Assembly (NCBI GenBank): GCA_051362555.1
Contig: CM120640.1
Coordinates: 1,550,001 to 1,614,000, forward strand
DNA from: Lingula anatina
Taxonomy: Eukaryota; Animalia; Brachiopoda
Reading direction: 5' to 3'
Length of the DNA stretch: 64,000 bases
This document shows, one piece after another, positions 44,401 through 57,541 of this stretch. Both the position numbers and the translations under genes were made by a program. A model generated the notes under the pieces. The model made no database searches, was not told where the DNA came from, and saw nothing but the letters and a program-made list of their open reading frames with translations. How positions within the stretch are numbered: the first letter of the stretch is position 1; every line of letters begins with the position of its first letter.

Positions 44401-47400
44401 TGATTTATTTGACAGTAATTGGATATGTTTAACATGCTCTTATCATTTGAAAAAGAACAAAATTCCTCCATGTGCTATGGTGAACGGCCTGTCGTTTCCA
44501 GAAAAACCCAGCTTCTTGGATTTAAAACCTTTAGAGTGGAGATTAACTAGCCCAAGGTTAGTTTTCATGAAGCTTCAACAAGCTCCACGTGGAAAACAAT
44601 ACAAATTAGAAGGAAATGTTGTAAATATACCAGCAGATGTTACATCCACTGTAACAAAGTTACCAAGAACTGAGGCAGATAGTTCTACAATTAAAGTTCA
44701 GCTCAAAAGAAATGTGAAATTTAAAAATTATGCATATGCTCAGAATGTAAGACCTAACAAAGTACTTGAAGCTGCAGCTTGGTTAACTGCAAATGGAAAA
44801 TTATATCAAGAAAAGGGAATAACTGTAGACACAACATGGAAATTAGCAGAGAATCCCTGCAGCTCTGACACATTTGAACAAACAAAAAAAGAGCATACAA
44901 CTGTTAATAACTTGAGTGAGGAACAAATGCAAAACTTACTGAAAGAATATGTTTGTGTTGAATGCCCTGCTAATTGTAAAAACATTCAATTTTCTGAAGA
45001 AGGGCACCTTATGGATCAGGATGGTGATTTTGCAGATGAATTCTATGTCATTTTAGACAAGCCTTATAAATATGATCCATCTGTTGATGTTGACAAATTT
45101 GTGGCTACTATTCAAAGTGAAAGAAAAAGTACTGGTTATTCAAAACAACCACACACTTTAGGTGTACCTGCATTCAAATCACAAGAGAGAGGCAGATCAA
45201 GATATCGCAAGAAGATAAATACAATCAGATCTTCTAGTAGAGAAGGAATTGAAAAACTCATTGCTTATAAGCGCCACCATATTCTAAGAAAATATAAGCA
45301 TTTGAAACTGAGTTATTATGGTTTGTTCAAAAGAAAAAAACAAGGAAGAACATGGTACTCAAGATACTTCAGAACTGTAAAGAAAATTCGACACAGAGTA
45401 AGAAATGTTTCACACTTGCAAAAGGAGTTATCATACTTACAGCAAAGACATATATTACCTACATATTGTGAATCTGAAAATGAGGTACAACACCTACGAA
45501 CTGACAATACTTTATTTCATTTTATGCCTGTAGATGCCCTTTGGCAAGAGAAAATAACCGAAAAACTAAACTTACCATTAAAGCGTCCACACAATTGGCC
45601 TGAAACTGGTAGTGATATTCTCTTGACAAATCCTAGGCAGTTGAAGAAAGTTATTGGAGATGGAAATTGTTTTTTTCGAAGTTTGTCTTTTACCATCACT
45701 GGTTCTGACATGTTGTATGATAATAATCACATTATACTTAGAAACAAAATCGTCAGTCATATGAAGCAGCTTGAGTATGCTTTTGCAAGTAGTATGTTAG
45801 GTGATAATGACAGCACCTCAGCAAGTTATATTAGACGAACAGGCATGGATAGTGTAAATGTTTGGGGTACTGAAACAGAAATACTTGCTGCAGCACATCT
45901 GCTACAAACAGACATCTATGTCTACTGCAAGCCTGGTGACTCTTGGAAATGGTTAAAGTATTCAGCTAACTTTCTTGACCAGAACAATCATTCACACGAG
46001 ACAGCTATTTACCTACAAAATACAAACTCTGATCACTATGATATCGTGCAGAGTGTATGCGACTCATCATTGTCTGCTGATAGCATAAACAAGAACTTGC
46101 TGCAAACAAAGAAGGTAACACGTGCTAAATCAGATATAAGTAAATGCTTACAGGCAAATGATATTACAGATTGGGACGAAATTGATGAGGAAGAAATGAA
46201 ACCTGGTATAAGAGATACAATGTTAACAGGTAGAGACTTCTTAGAAGACACAGAGAGAGAGAAAATTTACTCTTTTGCACCTGGTCAAGAAGGTCATCCA
46301 CTCAGCATATTCAAAGATGAACACTGTGAGGAACTGGCTTTTCCTGAAATATTTCTTGGCAATGCAAGGCCTGCAAATCAAAACAGACTTGTCCCTGTAC
46401 ACTACAGTGACATTTGCAAGTCGGAATTAAGACGCAATGACAGAAGAGCAGCAATGTGTGTTGACAACATATTTTTTAAAGCAAAAAAACTGCAGATGAA
46501 AAGATTGATTGGGTCAGCTTCTCTTGCTGTAAGAAAACATAAAACTAGTGGAAAAAAACTCACTGCAGGAGATTTGAAACAGTCTGGAGCCATTGAGAAA
46601 CTTTTACATTTTGATGAAGGTTATACATTCCTAAAAGGAGTACGTGGTTCCCCCCCATATTTTGAGAAAGCAAAAAAAGATTTATTTGCAATGATACGTC
46701 AGCTAGGAGCAGCAACTTTTTTCTGCAGTTTTTCTTCTGCTGAAACAAAATGGAATCATTTACTCAGGACTCTTGGTCAATTAGTAGATAATAGACATTA
46801 CTCAGAATCAGAGTTGGAACAACTAAGCTGGGATGAAAAATGTCGCTTGATTCAGAGTGATCCCATTACTTGTGCACGGCATTTTGATTATCAAGTCCAG
46901 TGTTTGATACACCACTTTTTGTGCCACAAAGTAGCACCATTAGGTAAAATACAAGATTTTTTTTACCGTGTAGAATTTCAACACAGAGGTAGTCCACATA
47001 TTCACATGCTGCTTTGGATAGAAAATGCACCTATTTATGGTGTCAATTCTAATGAAGACATCATACACTTTGTTGATAGCACAATTTGCTGTAGCAAACC
47101 AAATGAAGATGATCCAATAAAAGAACTCGTATCTTATCAGACACACAAACATACAAGGACATGTATAAAGAATTTGAAAAAATCTTGCAGATTCCATTTT
47201 CCACAGCCTCCGATGAAAAAAAGCATAATTCTGAAACCCCTTGAAGATACTTCACAGAAGAAAGAATATGCAAAAGTTTGGACAAAGATTCATGATATTA
47301 TAAATGACAAAGATTTTACATATGTCAGTCTAACATTTGAAGAATTTTTAAATAAAGTACAAGTGTCAGAAGAAGATTACATTTTGGCAGTGAGATCTAC

Positions 47401-50400
47401 AATCAAAACTGATACTTTGTTCTTAAAAAGACTTCCCTGTGAAATTTGGATAAACAATTATTCCAGGTCATGTTTACAAGCATGGAGAGCAAATATGGAT
47501 ATTCAGTTTGTTTTAGACATCTATGCTTGTGCAACATACATTGTAAATTACATTTCTAAAGGACAAAGAGGCATGTCAGATTTACTTTATCAAGCTTGCA
47601 AAGAAGCTAGAGAAGGTAACAGTGACATAAAACAGCAGGTCCGTCACATTGGAAACAAATTTCTTAATAATGTTGAAATTTCTGCTCAAGAAGCTTCCTA
47701 CATCACTTTACAGTTACCCATGAGAAGAGCATCTCGATCATTTGTATTCATTAACACTACACCCCCTGAAGACAGAGTACGATTACTTAAGCCACTGGAA
47801 GAAATAAAAGAATTAGAAGATGAATCTGACAATATTGAGTCCAGCAACCTTTTGAAACGTTATAGCAGGCGCTTACCTTCCTTGGACAATGTTTCCCTTG
47901 CAGATTTTGCTGCATATTATGACAACAATTTGAACATAATTGGCGGAAGCAAGAAAAGATCTTCTAGATTATTAGATACAGATGGTATGCCATTGGAAAA
48001 GCATGACCTTGAAAATTTTGAGGATGATATTCATGATATTACATGTGAAACAGACATTATTAAACGAAAAAAAGCAAAAATTATTCGCAGTGTTTGGTTC
48101 AGTGAGAGTTTATATCCTGAAAAGCATTATCGTGAGCTATTGATGTTGTATATACCATGGAGAAATGAAGAATCTGACATTTTGCAAAATTTTGAAAGTT
48201 ACGAACAGAGATGTCAACATTTAGAAAATGAGATTTGGGAACAACAGAGAATGTATTCTCCAGCTAAAGATGAATTGCACAGAGCAATGGAAGATCTAAA
48301 TAACATGGATAGTGAAGATGAAGATATGTGGGCCACTGTTGCACCAAATACTGAGTGTCAAAATGAAGTTGATCAGTGTGAAACTAGTGATGTGGTACAA
48401 TCTTCTGTTGGTCTGTCCTATGACTTAGCAGAAGATTTGGGTATACATGTATCTGCCAAAAGTTGCATTGAAGAAGAAATTGTTAATAAAGAAATACCTG
48501 ATATCAGTTACTGTAAAATGATTAGAAACATGAACAGACAACAGTTCGAGTTTTTCCATCATGTTTTACATTTAATCAAATCCAATTCTGATCCGTTTCA
48601 CATATTCCTGTCTGGAGGTGCTGGTGTGGGGAAATCATTTGTCACTCGCGCTCTGTATCAAGGTATTTTAAAGTACTTGTCAAGTTTACCTGGTGAAGAC
48701 TTCCGGACAATTAGAGTTGCTTTGGTTGCTCCTACAGGAAAAGCTGCTTATAATATTGGTGGCCACACAATTCACAGTTTACTGAAAATTCCTGCAAATC
48801 AAAGTCTCAGATATAAAAGACTCAGTGCTGATGTGTTAAACAGTTTCAGATACAAACTTGGATCACTTAAAGTTCTCTTTATTGATGAAGTTTCAATGGT
48901 TGGGAGTAAAATGTTAAGTTTCATCAATGAACGGTTAAAAGAATTAAAAAACAATGACAGATTGTTTGGAGGTGTTAGCATTGTGGCTATAGGTGACCTA
49001 TTTCAACTGAAGCCTGTGTTTGATAACTGGATATTTGAAAATCCAAACAATGACTATTATCCATTAGCTACTAATTTGTGGCAGAAACATTTTCACATGT
49101 ATGAACTGACTGAGATCATGCGTCAAAAAGACAGTAAAGAGTTTGCAGAAATTTTAAATAGGCTTAGAGAAGGACATCACACAGACAAAGACATTAAGGT
49201 TCTAAGTGAACGCCAACTTGATCAATCAAAAACTAGCCAAAAACCATTACTACATGTTTTCCAAACAAATTCTCTGGTAGAAAATTTCAATCATGCAAGT
49301 TATCAAAATGCGAAAGGAGAAAAATTTCAAATTGCAGCCACTGATACTATCACTGGGCCTGTACCAAAACATTTAGAAAACAACATCAAAAAGCAAATTC
49401 CATTGGATCATAAAAAAACCATGAATTTACGAAGGATTCTACATATTGCAGTTGGGGAAAGAACTGAAGTTGTCCTAAATGTTGACACAGAAGATGGCAT
49501 TACTAATGGTGCACCAAATGTTGTGAAACTGGTAGATTTAGACAGACAATTAATTTGGGTACAATTTGATGCAGAGGACATTGGCAAAAATGTCAGAAGA
49601 ATGAACAAATCATTATATAATAGCAACATTTCAAAAACATGGACACCTATCTTTCCTGTTAAAAGACAATTTCACCTGGGAAAAACAGGACAGTATCAAG
49701 TCGTAAGAAAACAATTCCCACTGCAGTTGTCTGCTGCAAAAACTATACACAGATGTCAAGGTGACACATTGAAAGAATTAGTTGTAGATCTCAGTGGCAG
49801 AAAAAATGAGCACATGCATTATGTTGCACTTAGTCGTGTAGAAAAATTAGAAGGATTGCATATTTTGGAATTAAATGCCAGTAAAATATGCATTTCTGAC
49901 AAAGTTAAACAAGAAATGAAACGTTTAAGGCAAGAAGCACAGCTTGTAAAATCAATATCATTTCTATATGAACAACCAGATGACCACTTCAAAATAATCC
50001 ATTGGAATTGCTGTTCTCTTCACAAATACATTGACGATATCAGAAAGAATTTTGATGTAGCAAAAGCAGATGTATGTGCTTTCACAGAGACCAGATTTGC
50101 AATTAAAGACCTAAATACAAAATACCAGTTAAAAGATAAATATCTTCACAGAAATGATAGTACTCTTCATAGACAGCATGGTACTGCTATCTACAGTCAC
50201 CATAGATATGCAGAGAATTTTCCAAAAAATTACAACTTTTCTGGAATTGAGATTACTGTCACACGATTAGATCAGTTTCCTGACTTTGTTGTCATCACAA
50301 TTTACCGACCTCCTCATGGTAAAATGCAGGTTCTTCTTGAGGCTTTGAGAAATATTCTTGACACTATTGATAAGACAGACAAATGTGTTATTATAGGTGA

Positions 50401-53400
50401 CTTTAATGTCAATTGGCTCCATGAAAACAATGCAAATGCTCTCAGAAAAATGATGTGCCAAGACCTTATGTTTAGACAACATGTCACAACTCAAACTACC
50501 ATTTATGACTCAGCCTTAGATCTTGTCTTCACAAACTTTGATCATGCAGATCTTAAAATTATAGTTCTTCCCACTTATTTTGGTGATCACTTTCCAGTCT
50601 GTTTGTCTTTTCCCAAAAATTGTCTTTAAATTTTTATTACAGATTATAAAACAAATTACTTCCAAATTTCATTTAACCTTATGTACTTCCAACCACATAT
50701 ACAGCTAAACACATGTGCAGAAGTTACATTAACAAAACCTTAACCCATCTTTAAAAAAAATTTATTTACTTCTACCTATACATGTGGAAAAATAATGTCA
50801 CACTCATTTCAGTTTTGAAAAGTCAAAATCCAATATAACATGTCCCTCAATACATTTCAAAACCAGTTAATATGACACATCAACAACCAACAGATTATAC
50901 CGGACTAAATACGCCCACATTTCCTCTATCTAGTTATACTTATTTACTTTTTACACAAAATAGTAATGAGCACTATTATCAAATTACCATGTGTAACTCT
51001 TAATTCCACATTTCTTCAACTTCATAATATTATAAATTGACAAATAATATTTGTTTACTGAATTATTTTATTTATTTCAATTCTAAGTTACACAATTAGT
51101 CATACATTTTCACACAGTAGTGTGCTCTTCTTTACTTTTATAAAATTATACACATTATATTGTTAAATATATGTTTATATCTCATATTTTACATAAATGA
51201 CGAAAGCAAGAACAAAATCATCATATTAAAGACAGTTATAGTTCAAATAGTTCAAGTTCAAACCATATTCTTGTTTCACTACCAATTTAATGAGAAGATT
51301 TGTTGGGTAAAAAAAAACAGGTTGCTTTCTAAAATCAGCATGATCAGTTGACATTTACAGTAGTTATTATTTTTATATCATTTTTTTTTTCACCCATTGA
51401 CATTTTCAGTGGCTTATATATCCCGTAAAACTGGATCACTTGCTACTTTAATGTTTAATGTCTTAAATAGCAAAACATCAAAGAAAACCTTAACATTATT
51501 TGGTGCACTTTTTGCTGTCATGTTTCAGCATTTGTCAGTTACCTGGTTTCTGTATGGTGTCTGTATATTTCTCAGCTTTGCTTTCTAATCAGTTTCGGTA
51601 TGCCAAACACATTAAAAAACTAAACAAATTGAGCAAAGACAAATCTTCATGTGATTAATATGTCATGTTGCATATTTTTCTTAATTTCAGAAAGGAAAAT
51701 ACCACCTACTTGGAGAATATTTATGTTCCGTTGAAACTTCTTTCCATGGGGTTTATGGAAACAAGACTACGATAGGATTTCTCTTCTTACTCTTAGAATG
51801 AAGACAGAACAAAGAAAGATATAATTTAATTGACACTGTTGGAGATGTGTCATTTGTGAAGTTGAAATGTTCATTCTTCGCACTCAAGAACACTCAAACA
51901 AGGAATAATGTCATGTACAGTGTTTAAATAACACCACTTTTTGTACCTCTGATTCACAAGACTATTTAATTAAATTATTAAAGTTTAAAGTGAAGTATTA
52001 AAGTAAATTATTCAAGTTTATTCATTTTGTTCAAAAATTTTTTTGGCTTGTAAGGCTTGAATGATTTTGTTTGTTTTTTATAGAGCATAGCAAAACAGAG
52101 TTTCTCCTATCATTTCTTATTTTGTGAGTATAGTTAATCTGAAATTGAAAGTAAAACAGATGTGGAATAAAAATATTTGTCTTTACTCAGAAATGAACAA
52201 AATGTTATTTTCCATGGCTGTTATAAACCCCTGGTTTTGATAAAGACATGCGGTTCTGGTTTTCACTTTTCAGCAAAAATTGCAACACTGAAAACACAAT
52301 ATAAGAAAAACAGAGAGGCCAATTGTCATTAAACTCACAGGAATGGTCATTCCTGCTAAAACCCAGGTTGAGTTCAAAAATCAGCATAATCGGTCCATTA
52401 TTTTAAAGAAATGCAGTTTTTTCACATTTCCTCAGATTCAATTCTTAGGCATGTAAACAGTTTCATTATTGAACTAATAAGATACGTAAAAGTGTATGTT
52501 TGGCATTTCCTGCATCTTTACAACATTATTAGTTGATATGTAAAAATGATGGTAAACTTGTTATCGTGTATTGTGTAATAAAGTTTCAAAAATGGAAATA
52601 AACTCATATCATTGCAATTTGTCAGATTCAATCATTCACTATGTTCAGAATCCCAGTATGGAAGAAATTGGACATTTAACACTGCTCTATTGATATTTTT
52701 CCCATCGCATCAGTTTTCTTAGTTGATCATATAAAACTGGTTGTAAACTGTTAATCTTGTTTTATGTTAACAATTGCAAAAAAAACATTTCAGAAAAAGG
52801 AATACAGGACTAAAATTGAGCCTGAGTTGGAAAAGCAGTCTAATTGGCTTCTTTTTCTGAAAGTTATACATTTTCAAAGTGTGAACTTGAACTCCCATGG
52901 GCCTGAAGCCTTATGCTTGTTACACATTTTACTTACATTGGTATTACCTGTTGAGCATCATTAAAATTTGATGTTGAATTTGCAGTTTAACATAATGTAC
53001 TTTTGCATCAGAATTGACAGTAGCCTATTTTGTGCATAGTTATTTCCTGTTTTTTGTCTGTACATTTGACAGCTTTGCTGCCTTGTTTTCACTTTTCAGC
53101 ATATATGCAACACTGTAAACACATTCCAAGGAAAAGCGATAGGCCTGTTGTCATGAAACTCACAGGAGTAATCTATCTTACTAAAACGCAGGTCAAGTTC
53201 GAAAGTCAGCATGATCATGTTACTATTTTAGTAGTTATGCTTTTTTTTTTCACTTTTCAGCATATATGCAACACTGTAAATACAATATACGAAAAACAGA
53301 TAGGCCAATTGTCATTAAACTCACAGGAGTGGTCAATCCTGCTAAAACGCAGGTTGAGTTAAAAAATCGGCATAATCGGGCCATTATTTTAGAAGTTATG

Positions 53401-56400
53401 TTGTTTTTACACATTTCCTCAGATTCAATTCTTAGGCATGTTAACAGTTTCATTATTTAATTAATAAGATATTAAAAGTGTTTGTTTGACATTTCCTGCA
53501 TCTTTATAACATTGTTAGTTGATTTTGTAAAAATGATGGTTAATTTGTTATCGTGTATTGTGTAATAAAGTTTCAAAAGTGGAAATAAACTCATATCATT
53601 GCAGTTTGTCAGATTCAATCATTCACTATGTTCAGAATCTCAGAATGGAAGAAATTGGACATTTAACACTGCTCTATTGATATTTTTCCCATCTCATCAA
53701 TTTCCTTAGTTGATCATATAAAAATGGCAGTAAGCTGTTAATTTTGTTTTATGTTAAAAATTGTTAAAAATGGAAAAAAAAACATTTCAGAACAGTGCTG
53801 TCTTGTTTACGTTTTGGCATTTTCAAGTTGTGACTTTGAAGTTCCATGGGCCTGAAGACCTTTGCTAGTCACATTTTCTGAATATCCATGATACTAATAT
53901 TTTATTATTAAAAATTGATGGTCATTATGCTGTTAAACATTATGTAATATTGCATCAAAATTTGAAAAAAACCTACTTTGGGCACTGCTCCCATGATGAC
54001 CATTTAAGAAAAACCATGTCACTTACTGTTCTCAAACAGTACAGTAAATATGTACAGATGTGTCAAAAATGTGTCTGTACATATTGCCATCACTTGCGTC
54101 TGTCTTCGCCGTCACCGCCGTCACCGGCGCCTTGCACTTTCATTGTAAACACGATAAGTGGAAGGCAGTTTTACTTTTGGGCTTTATATTTACAGAGCTG
54201 ATGAATATTCATAAAACGCAGGTCAAGTTCGAAAATCAGCATGATCGGGCCATTATTGTAGAAGTTGTGCTTTTTTTCACTTTTCAGCATATTTCACATA
54301 TTGGCATTTTCAAGGTGTGACTTTGAAGTTCTACATGCTTGAAGACCCATGCTAGTCACATTTTCTGAAAATCCATGATACGTATATTTTATTATTAAAA
54401 ATTGACGGTCATTATGCTGTTAACCAATATGTAATATTGCATCAGAATAGAAGAAAACAATTATGGGTGCTGCTGCCATGATGACCATTATGGGAAAACC
54501 ATGTTACTTATGATTGCCAAATGTTCAAAAAAGAAATGCAGGACTAAAATGCAGCCTGGGTTGGAAAAGTAGTCTAATTGGCTTCTTTTTCTGGAAGTTA
54601 TACATTTTCAAAGTGTGAACTTGAACTCCCATGGGCCTGAAGCCTTATGCTTGTTACACGTTTTACTTACATTGGTATTACCTGTTGAGCATAATTCAAA
54701 TTTGATGTTGAATTTGCAGTTTAACATAATGTACTTTTGCATCAGAATTGACAGTAGCCTATTTTGTGCATAGTTATTTCCTGCTTTTTGTCTGTACATT
54801 TGACAGCTTTGCTGCCTTGTTTAAATTTAGTAAGTGACTCTTTGAAATGTTTTAATATTTTGACATTTATTATTAATGACTTTTTTCTTAATTCAGGAAA
54901 AATGTGCCAAGGCAGAGGCTGTCTGTCCAAGAAAAAACACCAGACGTACACAGAGAAACTTGGAAAGTGAAATCATTCAAATTGAAAAACAGCTGAAGGC
55001 GCAAGAGAAAAGGTACAAGGACATGTTCAGCTCCATGCTATAGAGCCTGTGTTCACAGCACCCTGTCATGTCAATACAGCTTTTTTCTCCTATGTATATA
55101 TGTTGGATCTAAAATATTTTAAATAAGGATAGACCCACATCAGTTTAAAATATCTTAAATAAAAGTGCTGAAAATGCACTGCAAATCAATCTGTTTGGCT
55201 GAAGAGTATGGACATTTTAAAAACTTTTTTGCCCAGTAATCAGGTTTTCACTGCACAGTTTGAATGAATTTCTTTCAAATATTGCTCATGTATCATTAAT
55301 CACTCTTTCAGCCATGGAAACAAAGAAGAAATTACACGCAAATACTATGAAACAAAAGATGCCTACCTAAAGATCAAAAAGGAAATAAAGCAGTTTGGAA
55401 ATTTCTTGAAGGTATTAAATTAACACAAGAATTCCAGTTATAATACATTAATTACAATAGCTCACACTCAACATTTCCCCTTAATGGTAGGATATTATCC
55501 GGAAAAAGATCATTTGTAAATTCAGAACTTGCCAGCATATGTTACTATTTGTAAAGAGGGATAGGCCTGTTAGTTTGGCAAGTAAGATTTGTTAACTATC
55601 GTAATTTTGGATCTCCTTGATTGGTTACTAGAAAATTTAAATTTAAAATTTAGAAAACAAAGTAGAGTAGATTTGTTAAATTTTGTTTAATGTTTTTTAT
55701 GTCTGCAAAATTGCCGTTTTTGGACTGAGTGTCCAGTTGTTTAATGAGTTTTTTTTTTTAATTGATTGATTTAATGACAAATACGAAATACTGAGATATA
55801 TTTTCAGAAAAGATCAATATGGCTGGTATTGTCCTTTTTTTTAAATTAATTTTTGGCTGAATGTTATAATTTCTTTAATTAAAAAAAAAAATTCATGTTT
55901 TTTATACTGAGCTAGGATGAGGAACAAGTGCTAAATGCAGCCAATAGGTTAAAGTTGGTAACAGTGTATTTTTTTATTTTTTAGAAACTTGAAATAACCA
56001 TGGAAATTCGGCAAGAGATTTATAAAAAATTAAGAAGCAGTTTGGCATATAGAACTAAAATGAACTTCATAAACACTTTGAGAAGTAGATTTTTCGTGGG
56101 GAGGCTTGTGTTTAGACACAACACCCAAACACTGAATATGGAAGTAAGTTATGGAGTACAAGAAGTCTCAATTTGGGTATGAGGCTTGGTTGAGGCATGC
56201 CATATTAGAGACCATTCCCAGACCCTATCGTATTAACTATGGATCGATCCATCTCTGAGGGGATTCTCAACTTCAGCGGCTTAGATGTCTGTCACGCCTA
56301 CTGTTAGGGGGTAATTAATTATTGTTTAGCAGCTTCAGTAGGCGTGCCAGACATCTGGGCCTCTTAAGCTGAAAGCAATTTAGTTAGAATCTCCTTGGAG

Positions 56401-57489
56401 ATAGGTAGGTCCTGTTAGATCGATCTAGGTACGGGAACCCAGTCTTAGAGACTTTGCGTAGTTCCTATGAACAGCCACTGACTGCCACCTACTTCCTTTT
56501 CATAAATTGGTCTAGGTTGGGATTAAAACTGGTTTACAAAGAAAAGGGTGCTACGGCTCATTTCTCTTGCAAATATGTAGCCAATGGATACTATCAGTTT
56601 ATTTCAGCCTAAAAATTACTTTTTGCCAATATCTTTAATCTTAAAAAAAGATTAATTTGTTAGAATAAAAATGATTTGATAAACAGTTTTGACGCGATGC
56701 TTTTAAAAGAGGGGGTCAGCAGCAGTCGGTGGTTTTCTTTGGCTATTTGCCCTGTTCTGCATTGTGTTTGTGATAATTTTTTTATTATTATTATTGTTAT
56801 TAGCTACTACAGGATGTCATGGGGACCCGTCAACATCAGTTTATAGAGTTTCGCAAAATGATTGCTTTGAGAGCCAAATACTATTTCATCGTGATGTTGA
56901 GCAATCGAAGTTATGTTGGAAAGATGACATTTAATCACAAAAAGGAAATTCTCGAGCTGTCTGTAAGTGATGAAAAAGTTGTCTCTGAGAGACTAGAATA
57001 CTGATACTACAGCCATTGTCTCTATATTTGCTAGATTGCTTGCCTGCTTGCTTGAAGTAGTTTGCCCTCTTAAGTCTACCAAACCATTCCCTGGGATTTG
57101 CATGTCATTTGCCATTCAAAATGAGAAGAGCCTATTACTAGCTAGGCCATGACCTAAATGTGGCAGACCTACATGAAAGGAAGAGCGCTTAATCCTGTAA
57201 TGGTCTCTCTGCCTCTCACACGCCTCCCCACGTGTCGTCCCTGAAGGGACACTGTAATTAAATCTCGACTGGATTCAACCGGTCGAGGGACGACGCGTGG
57301 GAGCCATGTGAGAGACAGAGAGACCATTACAGGATTGAGCGGTCTTCCTTTCACGTAGGTCTGCCATATTTAGGTCATGGCCTAGCTAGCACTCAGATCT
57401 TCTCTTTCTGAATGGCCTCTTTAACTAAATAATCACTTGGGCTTTGCTGAAAGTACAAGGTAATTCTAAAGATAGCCTAGAGCCTTTAT

Positions 57490-57541
<52 letters not shown>

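Larger units (their letters stand above)
31381..53085 (+). mobile_element. Full-length 21.7-kb Helentron (endonuclease-containing Helitron)
   Basis: Family-1 5' hairpin/subTIR at 31381 and 3' subTIR plus stem-loop ending at 53085; T-tract insertion; encodes RepHel. Confidence 0.9.
30280..54819 (+). mobile_element. Non-autonomous Helentron, family 1 (about 2.8 kb: 30280-31380 plus 53086-54819), split by the large element
   Basis: Same termini as 21293-23996; the two halves rejoin to match the uninterrupted sequence at about 22400-22470. Confidence 0.85.

Noticed and set aside
43188-50494. Minus-strand ORFs overlapping RepHel
   Set aside because: Antisense shadows of the long ORF and its repeats
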